Position numbers and translations under genes: made by a program | Notes under the pieces: generated by a model | Databases searched by the model: none | Seen by the model: only the letters and a program-made list of their open reading frames with translations | Told to the model about the DNA's origin: nothing | Virus record (IMG/VR): IMGVR_UViG_3300001199_000001 | Coordinates: 214,860 to 278,859 of that record | Strand: one strand, 5' to 3' | Source of the DNA: a virus | Lineage: Duplodnaviria; Heunggongvirae; Uroviricota; Caudoviricetes | DNA length: 64,000 nucleotides | Part shown: positions 36,538 through 47,195 of the stretch, in pieces | Numbering within the stretch: position 1 is the stretch's first letter | Layout: each line of letters starts with the position of its first letter

Positions 36538-37701
36538 ATGAGCCACTTCACCGTACTTGTCGTCTGCGATCACACCGAAGATCAATCCAAGCTGGCGGCG
36601 ATGTTGCAGCCGTACCACGAGTACGAATGCACCGGGGTCGAGGACGAATATGTCGTTGATGTCGACAAGACCGAAGAGGTCCGTGAGCAGTACCAAAAGG
36701 ACACCACGCGGAAGCTGCGCGACGCAGCGGGGAATCTTTCCTGTCCTTATGACTACGCCAACTATCGCGAGCCCACGTCGGAAGAGAAGGCTGAAATGGG
36801 GCCGTTCGGCGGCAGCGGTTCAACCAAATCCGGGCTGTCCTATTTCAGCCGCGACTGGGGCGACGGGCAGGGTTATCGCCCGAAGATCAGGTTCATCCCC
36901 GAAGGGCTCGAAGAGGTCGAACTGCCTGTTAAGGAAGTCCAGACTTTAGCAGAATGGGCGAGCGACTATTATGGTTGGCCCATCGTTCACACCATCGGCG
37001 ACAAGACATTCGTCTATCCCGGCGCGGGCGACGACGATAGCGATCCGCCGAACCCTAAGTACGGGCGTATCGAAGTCGATGAGAACGGCGAAGTCGTCCG
37101 CTGCATCGACCGCACGAATCCCAATGCCAAGTGGGACTGGTGGGTCGTCGGCGGACGCTATTCTGGCCGACTGGTCGACAAGCAGGGCCGTAAATATGAT
37201 GTCTTGAAGGCGGGTGAATGGGACCTTGACGGTCAGATCGAGCGCTATACCGCCCGCTTCAACCGCTACTATGACGACATTCAAAACGCCATCGCCGGGC
37301 TGCCTTACCGGTCGTGGCAGGATATCACCGCCGAACTCGGTTACGGCGATGTCGCCCGGACGTTCTACCATGAGCAAGAGAGCGTCAAGGCCGCCAAGGC
37401 GGTGAAGCGCTACGATGCTGCGCCGGGGGACGCCGAACAGCATCAGGACACCATCCTGGGGTATTTCTGGGATAATCTCAGCGACTGGACGGGGCCACGT
37501 GACAAGGTTGTCGCCGCCAAAGTCTGGGCCAACATCGGCAGCTTCGCCATTCTCGATAAGAACGGCTGGCATCAGAAGGGCGACATGGGCTGGTGGGCGT
37601 CGGTCTCGAACGAGGATGAAGACTGGCCTATCAAGGCGCTGGAACTGGTGCGCAGCCTGCCGCCGGAACAGAACCTCTATATGGTCGACTGTCACATCTA
37701 A
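36538..37701 (+). CDS. conserved phage hypothetical protein (MSHF...DCHI)
   Basis: 387 aa; NPNAKWDWWVVGGR and C-terminal VDCHI. Confidence 0.75.
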   Translation: MSHFTVLVVCDHTEDQSKLAAMLQPYHEYECTGVEDEYVVDVDKTEEVREQYQKDTTRKLRDAAGNLSCPYDYANYREPTSEEKAEMGPFGGSGSTKSGLSYFSRDWGDGQGYRPKIRFIPEGLEEVELPVKEVQTLAEWASDYYGWPIVHTIGDKTFVYPGAGDDDSDPPNPKYGRIEVDENGEVVRCIDRTNPNAKWDWWVVGGRYSGRLVDKQGRKYDVLKAGEWDLDGQIERYTARFNRYYDDIQNAIAGLPYRSWQDITAELGYGDVARTFYHEQESVKAAKAVKRYDAAPGDAEQHQDTILGYFWDNLSDWTGPRDKVVAAKVWANIGSFAILDKNGWHQKGDMGWWASVSNEDEDWPIKALELVRSLPPEQNLYMVDCHI

Positions 37702-37710
37702 AGGGCGGCG

Positions 37711-37905
37711 ATGAGCGAAGTCTATGACACAAATATCGGCGACGCTCGGTTCAAGGCCGCCATGCAGACGATGACGCCTGAGCAGATGTGGGCGATTCGG
37801 GTGATCTTCTCGGCTGAACGCTCCGTGCGTCATCAATACCCGGCGAGTGTGATCGATGATCCGGTCGGGGTGGCGTACGCCGTGGCCTGTCAGAAGATCA
37901 GATGA
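37711..37905 (+). CDS. hypothetical protein
   Basis: Co-oriented ORF. Confidence 0.5.
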   Translation: MSEVYDTNIGDARFKAAMQTMTPEQMWAIRVIFSAERSVRHQYPASVIDDPVGVAYAVACQKIR

Positions 37906-38162
37906 CCATGGACGAGCGCGGCGTACATCTCACGCACTGCAACCAGGGCGAATATCTGGGAGGCTGCAAGTACGGCGAGGACGCCACTTGCCCGGCGCTA
38001 GGCGGTCCTTGTCCGCCGCATCTCTTTGTCCCCGAAGACGCTGGGCTGAGCGACGGTTCATGTTGGATGGGAAGCGGCGTGCCGCTCCATTTCAATTCCT
38101 GCACGAAGTGCGGCGAGCGGCGCGGGCCGTTCATGGCGGCGGACTACGGCGAAGGATATTAG
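37902..38162 (+). CDS. Cys-rich small protein
   Basis: HC...GCKYG...CP...CTKC. Confidence 0.5.
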   Translation: MTMDERGVHLTHCNQGEYLGGCKYGEDATCPALGGPCPPHLFVPEDAGLSDGSCWMGSGVPLHFNSCTKCGERRGPFMAADYGEGY

Positions 38163-38221
38163 GTGTTGACAACATAGCGTTAGTCGATTATTTTGGTCTA
38201 TCGAATTGCATCGGAGCCGTC

Positions 38222-38437
38222 ATGGCCGAATACGAAGTCAAGCTGCCGATCACCGGCTTCATCTACACCATGGTCGAGGCCGAGAGTGAGGAAGAGGCTA
38301 TCAAGAAGGCAATTTGCGAAGGTAACTATACCTTTAACGACATCGAAGAGTGGGATGTCCGCGAGAAGGTTATCGAGGGGAATTTCTGGCATGGCGTCGG
38401 TAGTCCGCGCGCTTCGGCGACTGAGGTTTCTGAATGA
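38222..38437 (+). CDS. hypothetical protein
   Basis: GGAG RBS; VEAESEEEAI motif. Confidence 0.6.
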   Translation: MAEYEVKLPITGFIYTMVEAESEEEAIKKAICEGNYTFNDIEEWDVREKVIEGNFWHGVGSPRASATEVSE

Positions 38438-38465
38438 TTGAAGCTTTGAAGCTTAGGGCAGCGGC

Positions 38466-38660
38466 ATGACCGAATTTCTCACCCCGAACGTCAGCCTCCT
38501 TTGCAAGCTCGCGTCCGTCGCGGTGCACGCCGATGAATTCCTATCATCGGACGGTCACGAATTCGACCGCGTTGCGCTGGACTCGGCCTTACGTGATCCG
38601 GAGGTCGCGCGATGGATTGAGCAGATGACGGAAGCGGCGTTGGCGCCGAGGAAGCGATGA
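38466..38660 (+). CDS. hypothetical protein
   Basis: Co-oriented ORF. Confidence 0.5.
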   Translation: MTEFLTPNVSLLCKLASVAVHADEFLSSDGHEFDRVALDSALRDPEVARWIEQMTEAALAPRKR

Positions 38661-38755
38661 CCGAGCACGTCGACCTTATCGAAACACTGAAAGAGGCCGA
38701 TGATGCCCTTCGCATCCTAGCTGACAGGCTGTTTCCGGTCTGAGGGAGTTGGCCG

Positions 38756-38947
38756 ATGCTGAAGATGTTCTACGGGTATGAAGAGACCAAGGATTTTCGC
38801 AGAGGTGTGAAACTCAATGCGATGGATCGCGATATTCCCGGCTGGCGGGAGATGAAACACACCAACGGTGCACCGAAGTTCAGCCCGACCGGGACGCTGC
38901 TTGACGACAAGGGTAATCGGTCGATCTTCGATGACGTGGGTGAATAG
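38756..38947 (+). CDS. hypothetical protein
   Basis: GGGAG RBS. Confidence 0.5.
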   Translation: MLKMFYGYEETKDFRRGVKLNAMDRDIPGWREMKHTNGAPKFSPTGTLLDDKGNRSIFDDVGE

Positions 38948-39308
38948 GGACGAAATGATCAAAAGCACTCCCCCGGCGCCCATATTCTGGCGATCTGTAA
39001 ACCATCAAGGCTGGTCAGCGGGTGCGGTGTTCCGGCCCGTGGCCTTCCTCGTCGCCAAACACGACAACTGCGCTGGGGTCACAACGATGCGCGCGGACAT
39101 GCGGCCAAGGTTTTAGGGAAGAAATCATGACCGGCGACGACGAACTCCTGAAAGCCTTCTATTACGCGCCATGGGGCGCGGCTAAGGGCGCTGTCTGGGA
39201 GGATGTCTTCGGCGGTTACAGCGCCGTGGACTTCGATGCCTTCATTCAGCGGCGCTGGAAGCTGACGGACGATGACCGGCAACTGATCAGAATTGTGACG
39301 GAGCGCTG

Positions 39309-39563
39309 ATGACCGATCCACAGCTACAACTCCTCCAAGCCTGCGTCAAAGCCGACCGCGCCTATCGCTCGGCGCTGGCGGCGGGCGACCCGTGGACGAG
39401 CAACGATCATCGAGGCGTAGAGATTGGCGCCTTCACCGGTTTTTCTTCCCGAACCGCTGATGCTCTGGCGGCAGTAGGGTTGATCGAGTTGGTCAATCTC
39501 AGGGGAAAAAACAACTACGCTTTTTTAGGCGCCTACCATCCGGTTGATGAGGTTGAACTATGA
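39309..39563 (+). CDS. hypothetical protein
   Basis: TGATG-coupled. Confidence 0.5.
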   Translation: MTDPQLQLLQACVKADRAYRSALAAGDPWTSNDHRGVEIGAFTGFSSRTADALAAVGLIELVNLRGKNNYAFLGAYHPVDEVEL

Positions 39564-39919
39564 ACGATGTCCCGCCTGTCGTGCTTGTCGCCCGAAATGC
39601 GACTATTGCTGACTTGGTGCAGCAATGCGCCGAAGGAAAATTACCGTTCTCTGGGCCGGATTCCCTACACTCCAAGGTCCATGCCATGGGCTACAAGACG
39701 ACCAGTCTTTATGAGATGGTGATCGCGGCTGAGGCGGCGCTTAAAAATGACTGAACTAGCGTACGAGACCATCACCGAGGCAGGATCGTCAGTGACCGTT
39801 CAGAAAACCTCTCCTGACAGCTTTATGCTGATCGTCGATGGCGCCTATGGGACATCCTCCGTTTCCCTAGATCGCGCTGAGGTTAAGGAGATCATGCGCG
39901 CTTTGAGGGTGTTGCTGAA

Positions 39920-40354
39920 ATGAGCCTGACCTGTAAGACCTGCCATCGCACAGATTGCAGCATGCTTTCAAACGGCGACTGCTATGACTGCTATCGGCCG
40001 AAACAAGAGGCGTGGCAGAAGAAACTCGCCGTCCGGCAGGACCCGGCGCAGTTTGATATCGGCAAAATCGTCAGGGTCTTGCTTCGCTTTGTCTGGCAGC
40101 ACGAATGCGAAATCATCCGCGATTACATGCCGCCATTTCCGCAAAAAGACACCCGACCGACTTGCGTGGTTCGCTGGCGCAAGGATGAGAACGCTTCATA
40201 CGACTACCTGCGTTACAGCAATGGCCCGGCGCAGGGGTTCTTTTGGGATGTCTACGGCGATGACATGCACTCGCCGGAGCTTGCCCTACTAGCGCTTTCG
40301 CAGGCTCCGCCGCCGACCCGAATTGACTACTGTATTCCAACGCATGGGAATTGA
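39920..40354 (+). CDS. hypothetical protein
   Basis: 144 aa; N-terminal Cys cluster. Confidence 0.6.
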   Translation: MSLTCKTCHRTDCSMLSNGDCYDCYRPKQEAWQKKLAVRQDPAQFDIGKIVRVLLRFVWQHECEIIRDYMPPFPQKDTRPTCVVRWRKDENASYDYLRYSNGPAQGFFWDVYGDDMHSPELALLALSQAPPPTRIDYCIPTHGN

Positions 40355-40355
40355 G

Positions 40356-40862
40356 ATGTCCGACCTATTAGACGAACTCAAGACCATCACCGCGCACAGC
40401 AAGCGTTCGATTTTGCGGGCCATGGTGACGAACTACGCAGAGGGCAACCGTTGGGACCATCTCGATGCTGAGGCCTGCACTAAGGCGGCTGACGAGATTG
40501 ATGCTCTACATGTCTTCTCACTACGCCTGTTAGAACAGCCCTGGCGGGATATGGCCGAGGCTCCGAAGGATGAACCGATCCTCGCATGGTGCGTGCACGA
40601 AGCCGATCCATATCACCTTCCAAACGGCAATCTCACCCTCTACGGCGGCCATGTCGAGGGACTGTCGCACGTCGAGGACGGGCCAAACATCTTGGTCTGG
40701 GGCGGCGGGTGGAACGACCAGTCGTGGGAGCACGACGGCGGCTGGATGCCCGATTGGTGGTTTCAAAAGGGCAGCGAGTTCGAAATCGCCGCTTACCCGG
40801 TGGCGTGGATGCCAATTCCTAAGCCTCCGAAAAACATCGCCGTCGTGAAGGATGAGGCATGA
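40356..40862 (+). CDS. DUF551-like phage protein
   Basis: WRDMAEAPKD...PVAWMPIPKPP. Confidence 0.6.
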   Translation: MSDLLDELKTITAHSKRSILRAMVTNYAEGNRWDHLDAEACTKAADEIDALHVFSLRLLEQPWRDMAEAPKDEPILAWCVHEADPYHLPNGNLTLYGGHVEGLSHVEDGPNILVWGGGWNDQSWEHDGGWMPDWWFQKGSEFEIAAYPVAWMPIPKPPKNIAVVKDEA

Positions 40863-41113
40863 CCGATCAACAGGACCCCTACTCGCAATACGTCAATTTT
40901 CTAGAGCCCGGAGTTAGGATGCGTGGCCCGTGGTTTTATCTCAACCTCCCCGTCGTCCAGCACACCGGAGCCGTGCATGAACACGGCGATAATGTGGTCA
41001 TCGAAGATACGCTTGTTCGCCGTATCGTCATGCCAAAGGCGGCATACCACGCCGCTATAGCCGAAAGAAAAGCCGCGTTCGGCGAGATGATGCAATCAAG
41101 GATGGGTGGGTAA
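40859..41113 (+). CDS. hypothetical protein
   Basis: ATGA-coupled. Confidence 0.55.
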   Translation: MTDQQDPYSQYVNFLEPGVRMRGPWFYLNLPVVQHTGAVHEHGDNVVIEDTLVRRIVMPKAAYHAAIAERKAAFGEMMQSRMGG

Positions 41114-41155
41114 AAGCTGTTGACATACATCGTCTGCCGGTGTAATCTTTAGCCC

Positions 41156-41380
41156 ATGAAAAAGCAAATCCTCGCCGTTCTCGCTCTCGTGATGCTCGCT
41201 GCGTGTGTCAAAGCCGACACTGTCGGCGTCACGGAGGTGCAGAAAGCCACGGCGCTAACCGATGATGTTTCGAAATTCTGTGACGAAGGACGGGTTATCT
41301 ATACCCTGATCACCAGCACCGGCTCAGCCATCGCGGTCGTCACAAGAGACCACGTCTCCGACAAGGAGTGTCCGCAGTGA
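41156..41380 (+). CDS. putative lipoprotein (leaderless)
   Basis: MKK plus hydrophobic stretch plus LAAC lipobox. Confidence 0.65.
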   Translation: MKKQILAVLALVMLAACVKADTVGVTEVQKATALTDDVSKFCDEGRVIYTLITSTGSAIAVVTRDHVSDKECPQ

Positions 41381-41729
41381 ATCTGGATGTTATCTTCGTC
41401 GTCGTCTGGATGGTGACGCTGTTGTGTACCTCAGTCGGGCTGTGGAATTTCGGTAAGAACCACACTACCCCCTGGTATTATTTTCTTTTGGCGTCGCTCG
41501 GCTGGGCGCTGCTGATCGTCTTCTGGTTCAACTGATGAAAATCATCTCGAAGTTCAGGCATAGGAAGTGAGACTACGGACGGCCAACAACAGGCGGCGGC
41601 GGGCGCTTAGACGTGTCGCTCTTGTTAACGCCCGTTTGTATGACGAGCAGCGTATTGAGCGTCTGATGAAAACAGGGCGGCACGATAAGCGTGCGAATAG
41701 CGGATACATCCGAAAGTGGAGGAAAAGGA

Positions 41730-41942
41730 ATGACCAACGACCAAATCACCACCCTCGCCAACTACCTGACCGATAACACCCGTGTGGTGAAGCATTCGGT
41801 GGGCCTTTCGCTGAGCGGTATCGCAAGGTCAGAGGCGGGCGCCTTTTATGGTTTGCGGGCGGCGTTCGGCGTCAGCGGGTACGCGACGGCGGCGGAAGCT
41901 GAGGAAGCGATCCGCGCGACGAGCGAGGCGGTGGGAGCATGA
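41730..41942 (+). CDS. hypothetical protein
   Basis: GGAGG RBS. Confidence 0.55.
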   Translation: MTNDQITTLANYLTDNTRVVKHSVGLSLSGIARSEAGAFYGLRAAFGVSGYATAAEAEEAIRATSEAVGA

Positions 41943-42151
41943 CCAGAGCAGAGCACCTAGCGTGGTCTAAAAAGCGCGCGCTCGAATATGTCGATAGAGG
42001 CGATCTGGCGCAGGCCCTGGCCTCGATGGTCTCCGACATGGGCAAGCACGACGAGTGCGGCTACCCGGATTTTCTGAATCAGCTTGGCTTGATGGAAGTG
42101 ATGAACAGCAACCGAGACGGGATGCGTCGCTGGATCGAGGGGTTCAACTAA
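41939..42151 (+). CDS. hypothetical phage protein
   Basis: RAEHLAWSKKRALEY...WIEGFN. Confidence 0.6.
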   Translation: MTRAEHLAWSKKRALEYVDRGDLAQALASMVSDMGKHDECGYPDFLNQLGLMEVMNSNRDGMRRWIEGFN

Positions 42152-42196
42152 ATAAAACCTGTTGACATCTGTGGTAGGATTCTTTAAAGTCTCCCT

Positions 42197-42862
42197 ATGA
42201 ACAACGGAGCGCAGATGACCCGACCGGCATTCGATGAGACCCTGTCCGATCTGGCGGACATCACCGCCACGGTGAACCGGACGGTTGCGCAGGCTTCCGC
42301 TGAGAATCCATCCATTGTGACCCTGACGATTGAGTCGGGTCTGCTTCAGCAAATCCTGACAGCGGCCTCGCTGCACATGTCGGACTTTCCGTTCGTGCCT
42401 AAGCCTGAGGTCGGCGAATACGCCGATATAATCGCTGAGAACAACGTCGAAGCTCAGGATTGGCATTGGCGTATGCGCGATGCGATTGAAATTGTAGGCG
42501 CCCGCGCCAGTCAAGCGGCTCACCCAGATTCGGGGCGCGGCAGACAGCGGGAACTGGGGCTTGCGACGGATCGTAAGCACCGCGCGCTGTTCGCCAAGAT
42601 GGATGCTGAGCAGCGCGAAAAGGCTGAACAGACTGAACCGAACACGGCGGAGGGCTTGAAGGCTCGTTGGGAGGCGTTGAATGTCTCACCTCTTGGAGAC
42701 GCGAGCTTCGTCGACCTGATGGCTACCCTTTTGCAAAACACGAGTCCTCTGAGCCATGAGACGGCCTGCCGTCTTTTTGAGAAGGTCCGGAGAGAAGCCA
42801 GTCGCGCTAACAAGGCGGAGAAGCGTGTAGTGGCTGCCGTCACCGCGCTGCAAGGTATTTGA
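42197..42862 (+). CDS. hypothetical protein
   Basis: 221 aa; follows the promoter at 42162-42190. Confidence 0.65.
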   Translation: MNNGAQMTRPAFDETLSDLADITATVNRTVAQASAENPSIVTLTIESGLLQQILTAASLHMSDFPFVPKPEVGEYADIIAENNVEAQDWHWRMRDAIEIVGARASQAAHPDSGRGRQRELGLATDRKHRALFAKMDAEQREKAEQTEPNTAEGLKARWEALNVSPLGDASFVDLMATLLQNTSPLSHETACRLFEKVRREASRANKAEKRVVAAVTALQGI

Positions 42863-42906
42863 TTAAACCTGTTGACATTGATCTATAGGCGGGGTATCTT
42901 AGCGGC

Positions 42907-43263
42907 ATGATCGACAACGCAGAATACTACGCCAAGGAACTGGAATGGGTCGCCGGTCGGCTGCGAGACGGGCGTGCGGGCGAGCACGAGATTGCGGACC
43001 TAGTTAACGTCATACGGGTGATTCGCGCTGCAACGCCACCGACTTCCCCCGAAGGCGAGGTCATTCGGCAGTACACCGAAGCGAAGGAAGCTGAGACGAT
43101 AGCGGCTGGCGCTGTGTCAGCGTATTTTAAACCGATAATCAAAAACGCCGAGACGGAATCCGAGGCGAACGATATCCTTCTACGTATGCCGAGCATCGTT
43201 GAGAAGTCATTTGCTATCGACTACTTCGTCAACGTCTCCAAAATCCTGCCGAGGAGAGCCTGA
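42907..43263 (+). CDS. hypothetical protein (leaderless)
   Basis: ATG 6 nt after TTGACA-17-TATCTT. Confidence 0.65.
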   Translation: MIDNAEYYAKELEWVAGRLRDGRAGEHEIADLVNVIRVIRAATPPTSPEGEVIRQYTEAKEAETIAAGAVSAYFKPIIKNAETESEANDILLRMPSIVEKSFAIDYFVNVSKILPRRA

Positions 43264-43517
43264 TGTTCACCGGCCTCGAAATCATCCAGATCGATATGAT
43301 CGGCTGCCGCATCGCCATCGAGGAGCATCCCGATGACGCGCCGTGCGATGTTTGGTCGGAGGATATCGTCGCGAGAGCGATTAAGGAATATTTCTCCGAC
43401 TGTGAAGAATGGTCGGACAACATGCTGCCGGGGGCCATGGCGTGGTACAAAGAGGCCAAGGCCGTTGACGATTTCGCGCGCGATCTGGCGTGCCTTATGG
43501 TGGGAGCGAGGCGATGA
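43263..43517 (+). CDS. hypothetical protein
   Basis: AGGAG RBS; TGATG coupling. Confidence 0.55.
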   Translation: MFTGLEIIQIDMIGCRIAIEEHPDDAPCDVWSEDIVARAIKEYFSDCEEWSDNMLPGAMAWYKEAKAVDDFARDLACLMVGARR

Positions 43518-43873
43518 CTGACACGGCCCCGAAAATGGCGTGGAACCCTCCGAGCGAAGAACAACTCGTGGCGGATCAAATTGAGTTTCAGCAGATTTAT
43601 AGGGACGCCCTGCGCTGGCGCGCGCTCATGCGCTGCCCGCAGATCAAGATGCAAGGCTCGGCTGGCGTTGATCCGCATACCGGCGAGCGGACCGGCGGCA
43701 ACGTTCATTTTGGCGCCGAGTTTTGGCCGGACCCGCAAGGCGAGGATTTCCGGGCAAACAACCCGAAAAGCGCCGAACATATGGACAAGTCGACGGCCTG
43801 GGGCCGGGCGTGTCTCGTGGCGCTCGCCGATGCGATTGTCGAGCAGGAGGCCAAGCGTGACAAGGAAGTTTAA
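43514..43873 (+). CDS. hypothetical protein
   Basis: ATGA-coupled; RDALRWRAL motif. Confidence 0.6.
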   Translation: MTDTAPKMAWNPPSEEQLVADQIEFQQIYRDALRWRALMRCPQIKMQGSAGVDPHTGERTGGNVHFGAEFWPDPQGEDFRANNPKSAEHMDKSTAWGRACLVALADAIVEQEAKRDKEV

Positions 43874-44264
43874 GGAACTGGTTGACGACCTAGACAATGT
43901 GTTTGATGTCGAAATCAGAAACAGCCTCGCGTTCCGTGTGTTGATCGCAACTGTGGCCGATCAAAACGACTTCGACGCGAAGGGTCAGCTAACCAGCAAT
44001 CAAGAAACGATCTTAGCGCAGGCCGAATCTCTGTTTAAGATCAAGGTTTTATCGGCGTTGATCGCCTTGGAGGCTGATCGTGTCATATAAGCACGGCCTC
44101 CTCTCCGACGACGAGCTTAAAGCAAAGCTGAACAGCGCCTTTTTGGTGGCATCGATTTTCACCAAGAACGATCTCGTCAAGGGCGTGTGCCGCCGCAAGA
44201 CGGAACAGGCGATCAAGAAGGCGTTGGTTCTGGAAGATGAAGCGGCCCGCCGTGGGTTGAAGCT

Positions 44265-44660
44265 ATGACCGCTACAGGAACGAGAATGACCCTGACATCC
44301 GCCGCTGTGGAAGAAACCTTCCTCGCCTGTCTGGCTGGCGCTGATCCCGATTATGTCGCCGTCGAGGGCGTCGTCAGTAACTTCGGACTGAGCAAGACTA
44401 AGCTTGCCGAGAACCGCAGCAAGATCGAGGGCTGGATTGCTGAGCTTGCCGACGAGTTCCACACCACCAAGGGCGGCGGCATGTCGTTTCTACGGCTTTG
44501 CCTGACCCGCGACGGCGAGCAGTGGACCGGCCTACACCGTTCGCAGGAACAGCTTTACGTCCTCGCCGCCGGGCTTGGTCTGGCGAGGTTCGTACTGCCC
44601 CGCGAGATGTGGAGCGCGCTGCCGGGCGGCGTGCCGTATATCGCTTTTGATTCGCCGTGA
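44265..44660 (+). CDS. conserved phage hypothetical protein
   Basis: GGGMSFL...GEQWTG...LPGGVPY. Confidence 0.65.
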   Translation: MTATGTRMTLTSAAVEETFLACLAGADPDYVAVEGVVSNFGLSKTKLAENRSKIEGWIAELADEFHTTKGGGMSFLRLCLTRDGEQWTGLHRSQEQLYVLAAGLGLARFVLPREMWSALPGGVPYIAFDSP

Positions 44661-44935
44661 AGTTACGCAACGTCTTTCTCGCCCTACGCCACCAACTCCC
44701 GCTAGGCCGGGCCTTCCGTAACTTCGTTATCACGCGCAACGCCTGGGGGATGTTCCACCAGAATTCGCATATCGCTCAAGGAAGCGGCAAGCCTAAGGTC
44801 GAGTATGGATCGCTGGCCAGCGCTGAGAAAGCTGCCGCGTCTATGCAGAAGAAACACGGCGGCGCGTTTCGACCTTACAAATGCGTCTTCTGTGACGGCT
44901 ATCACATTGGCAAGAACAAGACTGGCACTTTTTAA
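44657..44935 (+). CDS. small zinc-finger protein
   Basis: PYKCVFCDGYHIG. Confidence 0.6.
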   Translation: MKLRNVFLALRHQLPLGRAFRNFVITRNAWGMFHQNSHIAQGSGKPKVEYGSLASAEKAAASMQKKHGGAFRPYKCVFCDGYHIGKNKTGTF

Positions 44936-44996
44936 GCTGTTGACATATATCCCATAATGCTTTATTATTCAGGCATTAACGGATAGGGAGACAGAG

Positions 44997-45593
44997 ATGG
45001 CCGAACGCGACAGCCAACGTAAAAAGCTCTACACCGCCGAGCGTGTTGCGCTCGAACCGCTGGCCATTCCTCTGCTGACGACCGACGATGTCAAAGCCTA
45101 CCTCGTCAAGCAGTTGAGCCGAGCCACGCTGCAACGGCGTTACGGCAATGTCGTCGACCTCAAGGAGTGGGGTCTGACGGTCGCCGATGGCCGTGGGACA
45201 CGCCGGGCGCTGGCCTACGGGACGTACAAGATCAGCCTGCCGCTATGGGCGCGGACCGATTGGGTGGCGCTGCATGAGGTCGCCCACGTCATCCACGACC
45301 GTCTGAGCAGCACGCGAGCGCGTCGCGGCGACCGGAACTGGGAACTGCGGGGCGGCGCGGCGCACGGCTGGCAGTACGCCGCCATTTATCTCGATCTGGT
45401 CCGCTACATCAAAGGCAAGGAAGCGGGCGACGCCCTCAAGGCCGCGTTCAAGGCGCACAAGGTCCGGTTCCGGCCAAAGCAGAAGCGGGCGGTGTCCGTA
45501 ACCCCGGAGGTCTTGGCGGCGCGTCTGGAGAAGGCGAGGACGGCTAAGGTGGCGAAGAAGATTCAAAATGAGGTGGTTAATGTATACGGCTGA
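44997..45593 (+). CDS. HExxH metallohydrolase (SprT-like / TIGR04338-like)
   Basis: VALHEVAH...AHGWQYAAIYLDLV. Confidence 0.7.
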   Translation: MAERDSQRKKLYTAERVALEPLAIPLLTTDDVKAYLVKQLSRATLQRRYGNVVDLKEWGLTVADGRGTRRALAYGTYKISLPLWARTDWVALHEVAHVIHDRLSSTRARRGDRNWELRGGAAHGWQYAAIYLDLVRYIKGKEAGDALKAAFKAHKVRFRPKQKRAVSVTPEVLAARLEKARTAKVAKKIQNEVVNVYG

Positions 45594-45801
45594 CGACGCC
45601 CGAAAGGGTAACATGGACGAGCTTGACGCGCGCATCGAGCGTGCGGTTCGGGAGGGTGGCGGTAACTTCGCTTACCTGCGCATCTACATCGAAGACTCGT
45701 TCGTGCATACGATCAAATACGAGCTTGAGCGGCGCGGCTTCAAGAACGTCGATGTGCCGGACATCATCATCAAAGGCGATGTCTATTTCGAGTGGGATTA
45801 G
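45580..45801 (+). CDS. hypothetical protein
   Basis: GAGGTG RBS. Confidence 0.55.
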   Translation: MYTADDARKGNMDELDARIERAVREGGGNFAYLRIYIEDSFVHTIKYELERRGFKNVDVPDIIIKGDVYFEWD

Positions 45802-45866
45802 ATTTAGACTGTTGACATCATCCTGACGGTTGGCTATAGTCCATCATCATCGACGCAAGGGACGCC

Positions 45867-46292
45867 ATGAACGGTTATCTTCAAGCCCATTACGACCAGC
45901 AGCAAGCCGAGATCGCCAAATATCTTGAGGGCATTGTCGGCGTGGTCGAGGCGACCCGCTTCGAGAAGCACGCCTTGTGGCGCGAGTACCATTATCAGCC
46001 GCGTGAGGGTTTCGCGCGGTATGAATGGAAAGATACCGGCGGCGGCTATTTCATTACCGTCGGACACGTCGTTGAGAGTCCTGTCTGTATCTCAATTGAG
46101 ACATCCACGGTTAATGGTCACAAACTGCTTTTTTGGCACGCGACCAGTCAGATGGTTGATCACGTCATGATCGACAACTGGCTCAAGGACAACCTACCGC
46201 AGTCGGCAAGGCAGGCGCATAACCCGCAGTACCTGAACCAGTCCGACCCGACGAATTTCCACAATGTCTTCCCGCGCGAGGTGGCGGCATGA
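45867..46292 (+). CDS. hypothetical phage protein
   Basis: Follows the promoter at ~45812. Confidence 0.65.
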   Translation: MNGYLQAHYDQQQAEIAKYLEGIVGVVEATRFEKHALWREYHYQPREGFARYEWKDTGGGYFITVGHVVESPVCISIETSTVNGHKLLFWHATSQMVDHVMIDNWLKDNLPQSARQAHNPQYLNQSDPTNFHNVFPREVAA

Positions 46293-46600
46293 TTCGCAAG
46301 TTCACAGCCGAGGGCCGTTTCGAGTGCGGTCTCGATGCGGTCGTTAAGAACAAGGTCTACGCTTTTGTCGCGGTCATAGGCCAACACAACCCGGCTGCGC
46401 TGGGCGTGGCTATCGCCAATGAGGCGGGCTATGTGCCGATCCCTGAGCACTGGTGCTACGGCGATGACTATCATGAGATGGAGGAATACGCTGACGAGTT
46501 GAACGCGGCGATGGACCTTACCCCGAAGGCCTCAACGATCATCGTGGCGTCGACCATGGGTAAGGCCGTCCGCCATGGCGGCCGAAGGAACAGCCGATGA
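46289..46600 (+). CDS. hypothetical protein
   Basis: ATGA-coupled. Confidence 0.55.
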   Translation: MIRKFTAEGRFECGLDAVVKNKVYAFVAVIGQHNPAALGVAIANEAGYVPIPEHWCYGDDYHEMEEYADELNAAMDLTPKASTIIVASTMGKAVRHGGRRNSR

Positions 46601-46923
46601 GGCACACGCTGGGGCCTTGGGAAATCAGTCAGTTCGACGATACGCCCAAAGACCACGTCAGCATTTCTGGCGATGGCTGGGTTCGTTTCGCCGATGTAGT
46701 CGTTCGCTTAGATGGAGAACCTTTCGATCATCCGCAGGGCGTCGCCAACGCCACCCTGATAGCTGCCGCTCCTGATATGGCGGAGGTTTCCCGCGACGCC
46801 CTACCGATCCTCGACGCAGTTCTGGAAGAACGTGAGGAGATCAATGGCGAAGAGGACGAGGTTCTGCGCGACCTGATTGCGCGCTTTCGCGCCGCACTGA
46901 TTAAAGCGGGGATCGAACTATGA
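46597..46923 (+). CDS. phage protein (HTxGPW...ANAxLIAAAP family)
   Basis: HTLGPW...ANATLIAAAPDM. Confidence 0.65.
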   Translation: MRHTLGPWEISQFDDTPKDHVSISGDGWVRFADVVVRLDGEPFDHPQGVANATLIAAAPDMAEVSRDALPILDAVLEEREEINGEEDEVLRDLIARFRAALIKAGIEL

Positions 46924-47195
46924 TCAGTGGTCCATATCGCGCCGAGTTTGGCGCCGTCCATCATGAGGATGCGACCGGTTTTCTTTTCACCGTCTCGCCG
47001 CCGCAATCCGCTGTGGTCGTAGCTGAGGCGCTGAACGCTGGCTTGGTCACGGCGGAACTGGCCTTGGCGCTGAAGACGCTTGTGACCTGGGTTACGGATG
47101 ACAGCGATATCGATTCGCTCGAAGCGCGGACCCGTGGTCGCCTCGCGTTGATAGGGGCTCGCGCCGCGCTGGCTAAGGCTGGGGTGACGGTATGA
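46920..47195 (+). CDS. hypothetical protein
   Basis: ATGA-coupled. Confidence 0.5.
   Translation: MISGPYRAEFGAVHHEDATGFLFTVSPPQSAVVVAEALNAGLVTAELALALKTLVTWVTDDSDIDSLEARTRGRLALIGARAALAKAGVTV

Noticed and set aside
36946-37836. 296 aa minus-strand ORF (and similar long antisense ORFs such as 31880-32614, 41957-42580, 43229-43897)
   Set aside because: Shadow frames opposite well-supported genes in GC-rich DNA.
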